From the human T2T-CHM13v2.0 reference genome, Homo sapiens: DNA of 64,000 nt. Position 1 is the first letter of the stretch, and every line of letters begins with the position of its first letter. The DNA lies in the NCBI RefSeq assembly GCF_009914755.1, contig NC_060939.1; one strand, 5' to 3'. Shown piece after piece: positions 39,645-59,116 of this stretch. Made by a program: the position numbers and the translations under genes. The notes under the pieces were generated by a model. The model had not been told where the DNA came from. It did not search any database and saw only the letters and a list, made by a program, of their open reading frames with translations.

Positions 39645-39895
39645 TTGTGAAGAGTGCAATTGCAGACTCCAGACTCAGACTACCTGAGTACAAATCTCAG
39701 CTCTGCCACTTAGTAGTGATGTGATATTGAGCAAGTTAATTAACTGTCCTATGCCTTAGTTGGCTTATTGGTAAATAGGAACTCTCTCTGTGAAGTGGCA
39801 TCCTCTCCATAGAGTTGTTATGATGATTAAATATGTTAATACTTAAGTGATTAGAAAAGTACCTGGCTCATGGTAAATGCCATATGTGTTACTGT
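39645..39895 (+). mobile_element. MIR
   Basis: caaatctcagctctgccacttagtag...ttgagcaagtta core. Confidence 0.8.
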
Positions 39896-40550
39896 TTCTT
39901 TAATTGCCTGCGTCCCAGGGACTCTTTTATTGTCATTGATAAATATTTTAGATTTATAGCTATGTCCCATAATGAATCACTCTTTCTCTTTTGCTCATCC
40001 TCAAAGTTGGAGACTATCATCAAACTCAGCTGTGTGATAATTTAACAAAGAGAATTTCACCTTTAGGTGAACATGAGCAGGGATTGTACAAGCCAGGTCC
40101 TACTAGCAGGCCATAGGGCCCAGCAGTCCTTTGCCTGCAGCAACCTGAAAGGTTCATCCTGGGAGGGTGAGGCTGGACGTGAGTCTTATAGGCTGGCAAT
40201 ATTTCAGCTTCTTTTAGCAGTTGGCCCCGATATTTGCAGAATTCATAGGAGTTTGGGATTCATATCAAGTCTTAGAGTTTAAGTGTCATAAGCTGATGGT
40301 CTTGTATGATGTCATTACTCCTATTATGTATTCTGGCTCCATGCCCAGGCAGTATTTGGGGATTTATTGATCATGCCTGTGCTCCTCTTAGCCACAGTGC
40401 TGTTGGTTTTAAAGAAGCAACCCTTAGTTTCAGATTGAAGAGCCTTGGCTCTTACACATGTCCTCAGTTAGTCCAGTTCCTAGCTGTTCCCCAAGAACAC
40501 TTTAGCTGTTCTGCTTCTTGAGCTACGGGTTCAGGACTGCATGACATATC

Positions 40551-40755
40551 CAGCACTGTGCTGGAGCTGCTTCATACTGGTTAATGAAAGCGGAAGACAT
40601 GCATCACTTCTCAGGTCTCCATTTGGGGATGTCATGTTGGTCGCTTGCAATTAGCTATGGAGGAGGTCTTGACACCACAGAAATTGACATATGTCACAAT
40701 CAGAGCTTTTTAACCTAGGGATTTTATTGTCAAAAATTTACTAGTGCACCATTAG
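40551..40755. mobile_element. MER63A-like hAT-Blackjack element
   Basis: cagcactgtgctggagc...acaccacagaaattg...aatttactagtgcacca. Confidence 0.65.
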
Positions 40756-41494
40756 TGTTATGTAACTCTGCAGTTATACCTAAGGGCTTTGTGTTTTTAC
40801 CCTGACACCTCTGCTTACAAGCAGAGTAACTCTGGGCAGGTAATTCTACCCCTCTGAGCATCAGTTTCAGCATTTGTGAAATAGGGATAATCCCTCCCAC
40901 TTGAAAGAAACTTTTTATGATTAAATAATAGATACAAAAGACTTAGAATTGTGCTTGGCACAGTGCGAAAGATGGACAAATGTTAATTCTTTCTTAATTA
41001 CTCAACCTTTTGGAGACTTCGGTTCTGACTCACATTCTGCCATTATCTGTGCATGACCTTGGGCAAATCATGCCACCAACAACCTGGACTCGGTTAGTTC
41101 ATCTTTAAAAAAGGGAGAAGGCTTAGATCAACTCTGAGATTATTACCATTTTTAATGTTTGAAAACTTTGTTGAAATGTTGAAATTGTATTAGGATCCTA
41201 GACAGTTAAGGGAACACCCTCTACCTGATCCTGGGCTCGGAGAAAAGGACAGGCCCTTTCCTAGGTCACGGCTGACACTCTAGAACCCTTCTTCTTTTCT
41301 TTTAAAACAGAGAATATGGATTATTTTAGTCCCTGGATTCATCATTTGTGCTTACCTGGGTTTAAACTCATTAGATTTTGAACTCCCTCCTCCCTCTGCC
41401 CCAAATCCAAATGACACAGCAGACTCCTAAAAGCTTGCTCTAGCCTGGCCCTGTCAGACTACATTTTCATCAACCAATTTAAAATCTTCCTGAT

Positions 41495-41734
41495 CCCGCT
41501 GATGAGTGAGAACATGCGGTGTTCAGGGGACATAAACATGGGAACGATAAACACTGGGGATTACTAGATGCGGGAAAGAGGGAGGGGGAAAAGGTCTGAA
41601 AAACCACCTACTAGGTACTATGCTTATTACCTGGGTGATGGCCTCAGTCATACCCCACACCTCAGCATCCCACAATATACCTTTGTCACCAACCTGCACA
41701 TGTGCCCTCTGATTCTAAAATAAAGGTGAAAAAG
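41495..41734 (+). mobile_element. L1PA15/16-PB-like 3' end with short 5' inversion and 14-bp TSD
   Basis: L1 3'UTR (aacctgcacatgtgccctctgattctaaaataaa); TSD aaaatcttcctgat at 41481-41494 and 41735-41748. Confidence 0.88.
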
Positions 41735-42605
41735 AAAATCTTCCTGATAACAAAAATATGCCCATTCTTTTTTCTTTTTCTTTTTTTCAAACAATTTTTT
41801 TTATTAGCTCAACTTCTGGAGAAGAAGAAATATTCTCCATTTCCAATATAGAAAATGTTCTTAAAATAACATTGCAAGCATTTATCTTCATAAGCTTTCT
41901 GAAACTCTGAACAGATTTCGTTACACTTTTCTCTGTCGGATATACTACACTTACAGCTCAATTCAAAAGTCAGAGGAAAGGAGTCAAATGTCTTGGTTTT
42001 GTCCATCCTGCATTTAATGTGTGTTGTGTAGCACCTGAGCCTCTCAGTGTGTCTGTTATGCATTCTTGCGACTATTATTAATTTTTCTGTGTAATGTTGG
42101 AGCGGCAGCACCAGGCACTCGGCTCCCCACATGCATTTTATGGAACACACATTCAGTGTATGTGCTACAGCCCCCGAGCTGCCCACACCCCTGGGCCTGA
42201 GGGGAATGGTGGGGGAGGTGACCGCCAAACATTCGTGACATAATTTCCAAAAAATGTCCAGAAGTGCTGCACATTTTCTCCCTTCGTGAAAGGCACATGT
42301 GCCTCCCAAGCCATTGGGTTGGTATTCGTCACACATATAAACACAAGGGGGTGGTGTTTGAAAGCAGGAAAACCATGGAATTTGCTTCTCAATCCCAGAA
42401 GCAATCTTTTTTGTAGCACAGTCCAGGCAGCAGTCTGAGGCTATTCTTTGTCGTTCCACTGTAGTCATATTCTGCAAGACTAAGAAGGAGATAGTCTTGA
42501 TTTATTGTATCAAATCGGTTAATTTAATTTTTAAAGGCTTTTCTTAAATCTGTCCCACGCTCTCTAACTCTCCTCTTACTGCCCATGTTCAGGCTCTCAT
42601 CATCT

Positions 42606-47430
<4,825 letters not shown>

Positions 47431-47437
47431 AGCCCCC

Positions 47438-47975
47438 ACTCTTTAGCTGAATAATTGCAGTGGTCTTCCTGCTGTCTTTAGTCTTATTTTCCTCCAATCC
47501 AGCTTTCACTTGGGAGCCAGGTGATTAAAATAAATTCTGGTGCTGACCTTGCTATTGTAAGATTGATTTCTAACTTCTTGTAGTGGCATACATAGCCTTT
47601 CATTAATAACTTCTACACACCTGTGTAATGCAATAAGGTGCCTTTTCTCAACCCAGTGTGTTTCCACAGTTCTGGAATACTCATCACCTTTGATTTCTCT
47701 TACTCTCTTTCCCTTGCCTAACTCCAGAAACTCCACCGCTGTCCCCATTTTGAGTCAGATGTCCCCTCTGAGTTCCCTCTTAATATTCTGTGGATCCCCC
47801 TATAATGTTACTTAGCACATCGTTCTATTATTTGCTGCTCAGTTATCTGTATTCCCCCAAGACCGAGCTCCTCAAGGGTTGCAAATCATGCCATATTTCT
47901 TTAACTTCTAACTCTTCCCTCACCTAATTTCACTGCCTGATATATAGTAGATATACAATAATTTTTCTACTGATT
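47438..47975 (+). mobile_element. L2 (continuation of fragment at ~42540-42605)
   Basis: caggctctcatcatc | ...ctccaatccagctttcac...gccaggtgat...gagctcctcaaggg. Confidence 0.6.
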
Positions 47976-48310
47976 GCATTATATTCTCATGAGTATACAT
48001 TTTTTATTTCTGTTTCTATGGGTGTCTGTTGTGCACACACAGAGTTCCCATGAAATAGAACAAAGGATTTGGGGTCATTTGTCCTCCATTCACTGTGTAT
48101 CAGTTGCGGCATATTTGCTAACCTTGTCTTTTAGGCCCCCTACCTATAGGTATTAGACCCAGCATGCTGTGAAATCCTTATGATTAAAGTCTTTACACTA
48201 AGAAGGGATAAGGCGATGGTATTACTGGAGTATCCAGCAAAGGCAGGCGTCTTCTGCCTTTCTCTTTTTTTATAAATTGGAGAGTTCAGACATTGCTGGG
48301 GAAGCTCACT

Positions 48311-48357
48311 GTCTCTTTCTCTCTCTCTCTCTGTCTGCACGTGTGCGCATGCGTGCA

Positions 48358-48415
<58 letters not shown>
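48311..48415. repeat. (CT)n + mixed RY + (GT)~27 microsatellite
   Basis: Direct reading. Confidence 0.95.
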
Positions 48416-48420
<5 letters not shown>

Positions 48421-49078
48421 TGATGACTCTCCGGGAATAAGCCAGCACTGGGGATGAGGTGATAGATTCAGAACCCATCGATCTGTCATAGCATGTCATC
48501 TACTAAGGAATCTGGAAAGCATTCTCTTCCTTTACACCATTTCTTATTTATCAGAAAGGATTCATTGACTTTTACATTGTACGGAACATGGATTTTCACA
48601 AGAACTGATACGTTGCTCCTTGGTATCAACCTTTCAGAGCGGGAGCTACTGAATGTTTAACCCACATCCTTTCTTTCAAAACAAATGAGCTTCTGTCTCC
48701 ATAGAACTTTTAAACTTTCTTGTGTTACCTAGTGTCTTAGAATAGTGCCTCAGCTTCAGCTCCAACTTAAAGAAGAAAAGAACAAATGGTTTCATTTCTA
48801 GTTATGCAAATAAAATGCTCATTGTAAAATCATTTATAAATTTATTTATTTAGCAAATATTTATCTTGTATCTGCTGCATGCCATGCTTTGAGCATACAA
48901 CCAGGAAGATAGATATGATCACTGCTTCATGAACATTTAGTCTAGCGTTACTGAAAAATATATAGAAGCACTTTTTAAAAAGCATCCCAGAATCTCAATA
49001 CGCAGACATAACCACTGTTCACTTCTTTCTGAATATTTTTTTTTTGGCATTTTTGCCCTTCGGATTTCAGGCACCAGC

Positions 49079-49165
49079 ACTTCGTCTATTTTCATTTCAG
49101 TATCTTCAACTTCTTTGTCTATTTTCATTTTGGTATCTCTTGCTTCTTTGTCCTTCATTTCCCCC
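49079..49165. repeat. Degenerate 33-bp tandem repeat, ~2.6 copies
   Basis: gtctattttcattt at 49084/49117; cttctttgtc at 49110/49143. Confidence 0.8.
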
Positions 49166-49419
49166 ATGAGGCAAATCTCCAATTGCTGAGCATCTAATCT
49201 TTAACTTATGTAATGTTTGGCTCTGGCCCGAAAGAAAAAAAACTTTTCAGAATGTGAATTTTAATCCCAAGGAGCTTGTTCTACTTTATATGTGTGAGAT
49301 TCTGAATTTTCCACACCTACGAAAGACTAATTAAGTTATAGAGGTATTTCCCACTGTTAAATTAAATTAACAGACTTGCTCATTTTATAGTTTAATGAGG
49401 AGGTGTTAAAAGTTGGGCT

Positions 49420-49680
49420 GTACCTTATTTATAATGGCAAAAACGTGATAAATATCTAAATGCCCATCAATAAGAGACTAGTTAAATAAATAATGTATCC
49501 ATAGAATGGAATACTATTAATGAGTTAAAATAGTTTGTTGACATAAAAAGAAAACTAATATAGATGGAAAGATAGCTACAACAAATTAGTGGCTGAAAAA
49601 GCAGATTATAACATAGATTACAATATTTTGTTTTCATTTATGTAAAATTGGATGCACATGTCTGTACATGCATAGCAAGC
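49420..49680 (+). mobile_element. L1ME-like fragment
   Basis: ctaaatgcccatcaataagagactagttaaataaa...atagaatggaatacta. Confidence 0.65.
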
Positions 49681-49864
49681 CATTTGTATGCATTCAGTCA
49701 ATCTATTTCTTCAACAACTATTGTGTAAGTGATGCTCTGTAAATACATTGTGATAGTTGCCCATGTCATGGGGCAAAATCAGATAATACATATAAATTGT
49801 ATCATGCATATTTGAGGGGGAACATATTTGACTTACTGAAAGTACCTTTTTTTCTCATCTCCAG

Positions 49865-49965
49865 AATAATGAACTACAAAGCAGGTTGGACTATTTAACA
49901 GAAACCCAGGCCAAGACCGAAGTGGAAACCAGAGAGATAGGAGTGGGCTGTGATCTTCTACCCAG
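49865..49965 (+). CDS. MYZAP: MYZAP coding exon (probably 12), NNELQSRLDYLTETQAKTEVETREIGVGCDLLP(S)
   Basis: Acceptor ttttctcatctccag|AAT, donor CAG|gtattt; 101 nt, phase 0/2. Confidence 0.95.
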
Positions 49966-50204
49966 GTATTTAGGAATTTCCTGATTTTTTTTTTATTCAA
50001 ATTCCTCTTTGGCTGAAGAAAATACTTTACTAGGCTGTTCTTAGCAGAATTGCATTCTTCCTATCACAAATATTTCTGCAAAGCCGAGTGGTGGCTGCTG
50101 AGAGGCTTGACTGGTTTCTGTAGGAACAGGGGCATTGTGCAGGGTGGAGGGGTCAGCAAAGGAGAGACCTGGGGAAGCCATTTAGAGAGAGATGGGCCCT
50201 GTCA

Positions 50205-50430
50205 GTGAGTGAATGCATTTGTTCCTTCCTTCCTTCCTTCATTCATTCAACTAATGCTCTTAGTACCTTCCCTGTGCCAGACAGTTATGACACAGAGAGG
50301 AGTGAGATTTGGTTCCTGCCCCAGAGTACAGTCTGGAGGGAGAGACAGGTATGTAGGTAGACATATATAACGGTGTGAGAGGGGCATCCGAGGTGCTTTA
50401 GTGACATACAAGAGGGAGGATCTAAACCTT
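50205..50430 (-). mobile_element. L2 3' end
   Basis: cattcattcaac...ctgtgccagac...cctgccccagagtacagtct. Confidence 0.6.
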
Positions 50431-51293
50431 GAACAAAAGTCATCTGTTCCTCAGTACTGTAACAGGGTATTGTCAAGCACTGGATCCAGTTCATAAATAC
50501 CTGATCTGCTTGAGTCATCGGCAGATATGTGATAACTATAACCTGGTTTGTTCAGTTACATTCCTGAGCTAGAGGACTGACCTGTTCATTGTTAAGCTGC
50601 TTCCATGCTTGCGTCTCTTCCTGGTGACATTAGAGCCTGTAACACAGTAACCTGCCTCTGATAACTAACTCACCATTCCCGGGTGCTCACAACTGTGCCT
50701 GGCCTCAAGAGGACATAAAACAAGTTTACAGCAAAGATGCTAATGACATGTGACTTGTGATTTAGGTAATCAAAGTCACAAAATGCCTGGTATCGTGTGT
50801 GCAGGAGGGTGGATTCTTGTGTGAACAGGGGCACTTGTGTGTGCTTTGCTGGACATAGTAGTCTAGAAAAATGTCGAATCCTGGAATCTTGAGTGGTTAC
50901 AGCTGGTGGGAAGTAGTGACGAGCCGATCACCAAGCTGGGGTGTGGAATACCTGGTTCTTGTCCTACCAGCCAGCAGCAGGATGCCTTCAGACAGGTTCT
51001 TCACTGGGGCCTCGGTTTCTCAACTTCTAAAGTCAGTGATTTGACTAGGTAACTGCTCAGGCCTCTACCAGCTCTAACATTGTACAGTAAGGCCTCCTTT
51101 CCTTACTTTATTAATTTTTATTTATTACTGGTATTGTCATTTTTGTTAATTAAAATGAATCACTTGCCATTCTCAAAGAATTTACCAAAAGCGGCATTAG
51201 GTTCTTTCTTTGACAGTGTCCTCAATTACATTGCTTGCCTTCTAGTAAAAAGGCATTTTTTATCAGTCCAATATAATTAATAGAAAATGTTGA

Positions 51294-51326
<33 letters not shown>

Positions 51327-51349
51327 TACATATATATACATATATATAG
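51294..51349. repeat. (TA)n microsatellite
   Basis: Direct reading. Confidence 0.9.
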
Positions 51350-52791
51350 ACTCCGGATCTCATCATATTCAGATATATTTTCATATATGAAAATATAACC
51401 AAAAAGAACGATCAATTGTGTACAGAGACCTTTTTGAAATTTAAATAATTTGGCCGTTTCCCCCCTTTTTGTATTTTTCAAAAGCCAAGTGGCCTAGTCC
51501 ACTCTAATTGCCCACATAATAAATCTTGTTTGGCTAAGACGGGTACAAAACTATGTCTGAAACCAATAAATTGTTTGTTTTCTAATTCCCGCATTTTGGC
51601 TTAAAACAAGCTTTTCAATTTGTATGCCCAAGTATAGCCTGAAGCAAACTTTTATGGCTAAGTTATGAAACCACAAAGCGGTTTTCATAATGGAAGTGCT
51701 GACAGACCCTTAACTTATGGCCATGGTGAACTTGGAAGCCACTTCAGTATCTAAAAGCAGCTTTTCCATAAATGTAACATTTGGTTTCCCCCCGGATCCA
51801 TCTTAGCAGTTTAACTACCTAGGTCAATCAGCAGAGGAAATGAAAACTACATATCCGTGTTTCCGAAAAGGCAGAATAATATTTCATTCGTTTCCTCGCA
51901 AATATTTATTAAGTGCCTACTATGTGAAAGGCGCCAGGCAAGTCTGGGTGGGGAGGAGCCCAGAATCTTTCGGTAACTCAGGGCAATGGCCTTCCACCTG
52001 CGCTTCTTGGAACTGCCTTACTCTGAGCTGGGGCTCCTGGAGAGGCTTCGGGATGCCCGGGGGGATGAGGAGGGTTAGTGAGCGGCTGGACCGTGGGACC
52101 CTTCTTCCTCCCCAAAACAACTGAGAAAGTCAGCTTTTAGTTTGTTTTGTCTGTTGGATTCCAAGTAAGATTCTGTTTGAATAAATAGCTCTATGGGCAA
52201 AAACAAATTGGAACTCCCGGTCTAGTTAATCCCCATGTTTTATGGATGCCAGAACTGGGGCTCAGAGAGATCAAGTGATTCACTGGAAGCCACATAGCCA
52301 GAATTAGAACCAGGCCTTCTTGAGTCTTGGTGCAGTACATGTGTAGTTTGAAAATATGTAATAAATAGAGAGCTACTAAATGGTGGTGTGTATGTTCTAA
52401 CAAAATTCCTGGTTCATACTTGGACTTCAAATTTGCATCTAACTAATAAAAGATTCCATGGTATTGTCCAGAATGTTTTTTAGATTTTTGTTTCTAGAAT
52501 GTTTTAGACCAATACAAGCATTGAATTAAGCCTGAGTTATGCAGAAGCGTTTTGTTCTTTGTCCCTATTCTTCTCCTACAAGGAATTCACCAGTGTGGAA
52601 CAGTCAGGGAGGCTCAGGCTGTCCAGTTCCCTGCCCAGCCAGCTGCTAGCTGAGCTCAGCCTTGGGCAAGTTACTTCATCTCTCTAAAGCTTCAACTCTT
52701 TCATCTTTAAACTAAGAATGAAGAGGATAATATCAAACCTCATTGGGTTGCTTTGAAGATTAAATAAAAATGTGTACATAAAGCATTTAGA

Positions 52792-53293
<502 letters not shown>

Positions 53294-53760
53294 TTAATAA
53301 CTAATAGCTATTACTATTAATATTAACTAAACCCAAACTCTGATTTTCTATGTAGAACACTATATAAAATACAAAAAAATCTGAGTATGCTAAGATGATT
53401 TCATTAACTTTTTATTGGTGGTAATCATTGATTTTATGAAATGGATTGATAGCCTGATCAAGTATATAGTACTTCAGTATGCATTGGGCTCTTCAGTTAA
53501 ACTCTCTAGACACCCCGTCTAGACACTGTGTAAAACTCTGGGAGGCCCAGTGATTGATAAGGTCTCTGTCAGCTAAGACCTGAGAGTGGCCCCTGCGTGC
53601 TGTAGGCATGGGGCACTTGTCTCATTGTAGAATAGCATGGCCTCTCCTACTCACTCATCTGTACAACTGCAAGTGTTACATGCTGTGCTACTGCTAATAG
53701 CATTTTTAGAGCTGCTCTACTTTTTTTTTTGTCTTGTGTGAAAAAAAAATTGCATTTAGT

Positions 53761-54051
53761 TGCCGGGTGTGGTGTCTCACACCTGTAATCCCAGTACTTT
53801 GGGAGGCCGAGGCGGGCGGATCACCTGAGGTTGGGAGTTTGAGACCAGCCTGACCAACATGGAGAAACCCCGTCTCTACTAAAAATAAGAAATTAGCCAG
53901 GTGTGGTGACACATGCCTGTAATCCCAGCTACTCAGGAAGCTGAGGCAGGAGAATCACTTGAACCCAAGAGGTGGAGGTTGTGTTGAGCTGAGATCGCAC
54001 CATTGTACTCCATCCTGGGCAACAAGAGTGAAACTCCGTCTCAAAAAAAAA
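53761..54051 (+). mobile_element. AluSp-like, TSD tgcatttagttg
   Basis: cctgaccaacatggagaaacccc and aacaagagtgaaactccgtc diagnostics. Confidence 0.92.
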
Positions 54052-54204
54052 TGCATTTAGTTGATGCTCAATAAACATTTGTTGGGTGAATAAGTGAAAG
54101 ATACATACCAAATGAAGAACATAGGCAGGTGATCAGTATTATCACATGATTTATTTATTTAATAAAGGCCTTGGATGAAGTCATTCCTGCTTATGTTTTA
54201 CCTC

Positions 54205-54206
<2 letters not shown>

Positions 54207-54255
<49 letters not shown>

Positions 54256-54275
54256 CTCTCTCTCTCTCTCTGTCT
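54207..54275. repeat. (TG)n(TC)n microsatellite, followed by L2 3' end to ~54398
   Basis: Direct reading. Confidence 0.9.
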
Positions 54276-55361
54276 CCTCACTAGAATATGAGCTCCATGA
54301 GGGCAGGGATTTTCATCTCTTTCACTAATTGCATTCTCCCTGGGACCTCCTTAGAGCAATGCTTGGCACATACTAGGCACTCAATATTTGTTGAATGGAG
54401 CCATCTCCCTGTAGCATTTGACAATCCTTCCTAAGAAGAAAGGAAGGATTCCTCAGCCTATTTCCTACCCTTGCAGGACTTTTCTCTCCTGGTTCTCCAC
54501 CTATCTCCCTGGTCTGTCCTTCTCCAGCTTCTCTGATGGCTTCTTTTCCTCCTCCAAGACCCTCCCATGGTAGTCCACATGGCTCTATCTTGGTTCCGGT
54601 ACTTTCTGCAAAGATTACATCAAGTCTCACAGCTTCACCTCTCCCCTCTGTGGCTGAGCCACAGAAGTGTGAACCTTTCTCTTGAATACAAGTCCTTGTT
54701 CCCCACAGCCTTCTGGGCACACTCCCAGCTGGTGTCTGCTTGGTCTTCATACTTGCCGTTTCATGGCCGAGTGCGCCATCTCTTTCTTCAAAGTCTCTCC
54801 TCTTAGGAGTGAGTAAGAATACTGGCTTGGAAGTTAGACCTGGGTTTGGGTCCTGAGTCCGCCTCCTGCTTTATCTGCAGCTTTGGCAAATTCCTACCCT
54901 CCTTGATTCTCATCTTGAAAAGGATGATTTTGGTGGCAATCCCTTTGGAAGCTTGTTGAGAGGATTAAGGGAAGTAACAGGCATAGAATGTCCAGTGGAA
55001 GTGCCCCGCCTTTTCATATTTCTGTGGCTGCAGCCACTGCTTTCCCAGCTACCTAAACTCAGTATATTGCAGTCACTTCTGAGTCAGAGAATTATTTTGC
55101 TCCTTGACTCACTCACTCATACTGTGCTGTTCTTTTCCTTCATGACTTGACTCCTTCTTTCCCATTCCTCTTGCTGCCAGCCTGCCTCAGACTGTCTAAT
55201 CTACTCAGTACCATCTCTCTGCCTCACTTTCTCCTCCTCAAATTCTTCCCCTCCTTCATCTAATCTTTGTTTTCCATAAATTTCTAGTGACCAAGGATCT
55301 CTTCATAAAGAGAGAGGGAAAGGGAAGGGGTGAGAGGGGACTCACTGTGGGTTCAGGAGTT

Positions 55362-55389
55362 CACACACACACACACACACACACACACG
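55362..55389. repeat. (CA)n microsatellite
   Basis: Direct reading. Confidence 0.9.
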
Positions 55390-56375
55390 CAAATGTATGT
55401 GTGTATTTAAAGACTCAGGAGTTTAGTTTGAAAACTTTGATATATGTTAATTAAAGCCATTGAGAACAAGTGCAGGTCATCTAGCCTTCATTTACAAAGA
55501 AAAATGAAAAAACAAAAACGAAAGGAAAAGTGACTTTTCTTTCTTCTGCCCTGTAGTGAAACTTGGTTTCCAGCAAACCAGCAAACTTGGTTTTCATCAA
55601 TTATGTCTTAATAGGTGCAATATGATGAAAAATATTCCCCATGGTCATAAGTGCTCAGCACGTAGTAAGTGCTTTAAAATGCTTATATTTTCGTATTTCT
55701 TTTGCAAAGACCAGAACACAAAGTAGCTTTTTGTCAAAGCTTTATTTGCTGATTCTGCTATTGTTTTCCCCAGGGGAACTGCCCCTTTATTGATTAATAA
55801 AAGGTTAACAATAGCCTAAATGTGTTAAGGCAAATGGTTGGGTTTCAGTTTTGTGGTTGAGGTTATTTGTGTTCTTGAAATCCTGTTGTTTCCTAGTGAT
55901 CAACAAAATAAAATACCCCACTTCTTTTTTAAAAGATCGGGATATGAGAGCCTGTTTTTGAACCTAGAAGGTTCACCTTTATAAATATTTCTGCATTTTA
56001 TGGGCTTTCAGGATATTGTCATTGGAGACTGTTTCTGTTATGCGGAATTTTCACAGGAGTTGGCACAAATAGCTATCTGGCTTCTGCCCCTGGCATTCCA
56101 CTAAACTGCCTGGTCAGGTCAATGGGGCCTCCTGGATCACCAGGTCCCATGGATTGCTCTCTGTGGCAGGTGACACTGGGACCACTTACTTCTTGAAACT
56201 CCTCCAACCTTTGGTTTCCTTTGTAATTCATATGTGGGGTAATAGCTCTGTGGCTGGCTTCTGTGAGCTGCTGGATTCATGGAGATGACGGAGATGTGGC
56301 TTTCACCCTTAAAGAAATTATACCTAGCAGTGGACACAAATGTGTAGACCAACAAGTGCAATAAGATGCTATAGA

Positions 56376-56681
<306 letters not shown>

Positions 56682-56884
56682 TCAGAAGCCTGTATAATAG
56701 TGATGTTCAAGGTGTATATGGGGATTGGGTGGAGAATATGGAGAATCTCCTGGGGGAGACATGCAAAGTTTAAAATACACCCCCTGCCATGCTTTTTAAT
56801 ACATCCTCTATCACCTGGTGAATGACTGGATGTGGGAAGTTAGGGGAAAGGGATTCGACTCTTAGGCTTCATATACACATTTTG

Positions 56885-57275
56885 TCATCGTGTTGGTTGG
56901 GATAAGGAATGTAGCTATTTGAAAGAACCCACAGATCTTGGTGGCTTAGCATGGTAAAGATTAATTTCCCATGTCAGTTTAAGGCCGTTTGGTATAGGTT
57001 TCACTCCACACAGTCTTTCAGGAACCCAGGAATTCCTCCATCTAGCAACCCTGCCTGAGCTTTGGAGTCCTCCTGGATTCTCCACTTGTATGCTCTACAT
57101 AAAAGGGAAGAGAGAGAGAGAGCGTGGGGGATTATGTAGATTTTTATGGGTTAAACCTGGAAGTAGTAGAAGTCATTTCTGCCTGTTTAGTCACATGGCC
57201 CACCTAATGGCAAGAGAAGCTGGGAAATGTAGTTGAGTTGTGTGTCCAGGAGAAAAAAGAAATGGGATGTCTTAG
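56885..57275. mobile_element. Old MLT1 (MaLR) LTR
   Basis: agtcacatggcccacctaatggcaagagaagctgggaaatgtagt motif. Confidence 0.65.
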
Positions 57276-57294
57276 TCACCTAATCCTGTTAACT

Positions 57295-57850
57295 ATAACT
57301 CTCAAATGTCTCCCTAAAATCTCCCCGCCACTTCCCATCAAGTGCTTCCGTCAGAATTCAAGTTGTCATGATCTCTCTTTCACCTCCTGAAGAGCAAGAA
57401 TTTTCTAACTGACCTGCCTTCAGAATAATCCTTCCCTAGTCAACCCTCGATAGTACCAGAGGAATCTTGCTAGAATAAAAATATGAGCAGATCATGGCCC
57501 TCCTTAAAAACCTGCTGTAGTTCCCTGTCCCCTTCTGAACTCCTTAGCCAGGGACATGGGACCCTTCTCCACCAGGCCTCATCTTCTGCCACTCTCCATT
57601 GTGAACTCTTTGTTCCAGTCGTTCCAAAGGAGCACATGGTTTGCAGTTCCACATCCACAAACTGTGTGCTCACCCATCTCTGCCTTACACATACTGCCCC
57701 TTCTTCCTGGAGTTCCCATCCCCGCTTTGCCCGCTTGATGAGTGCTAGGCATCCTTCAAGATTCACCTTCTCTGTGTGAATTTCTAGATGTGAATTTCCT
57801 GGTGGTGCTAAATTGTTCTGCCCTCAATTTTCCCATCATGTGTTCATGCT
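57295..57850 (+). mobile_element. L2 fragment
   Basis: ctcaaatgtctccc...cagatcatggccctccttaaaaacctgc...catccttcaaga. Confidence 0.6.
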
Positions 57851-58451
57851 CATTTTGTTCAGGTCATGGCGGGAAGGGAGGCTTGAGAGTTAAATGAAGG
57901 GACTGTTGTGGATGTTTGGGCAACTTTAAGGGAAATAAACAAGGGACAGTGGCAAGCTGTGGAACTAGCAACAGTGGAAGCTGTTACCACCCTTGCCTGA
58001 GGAGGCAGGGGAGAAAGCTGGGGAAGATAACAAGTTGGGGAGCTGTAGCTATGGGCCCTGGTAGAGGGATGCCGCCAACTACCAAGCTGCAGCCTGGCTG
58101 GGAAAGGAAAAATGTCCTGACCTCTTTGTCCTCTCATTCCCTGATCCCCTGCTACCACCTTGCAGTAGGCCAAAAGGAACTGAATTTGAAGGGCAAATGG
58201 ATGCTGACTTTTCCGGGCCACAGAGTAGGGTGGAGAAGGGGCAGAGTAGGGCTGAATGGCAAAAGAAGAATGCCCAGCACAGCTGTTATGTCTCTGTTAT
58301 AGTTCCTAACACAGTACATGAAAATTTTTTATGTACATATCTTTCCCACCAGGTGACAAGTCCCTTGAATGCATGTTTCATATTTTTCTGAACCATGGAT
58401 GCCTAGTACAACCTTTACAGGTTGTTAAAAATAACTTTTTTATTTTTAACC

Positions 58452-59116
<665 letters not shown>

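Noticed and set aside
41809-42477. 222-aa minus-strand ORF
   Set aside because: Non-ATG start, Cys/His-rich random composition, no recognisable domain, antisense in an intron
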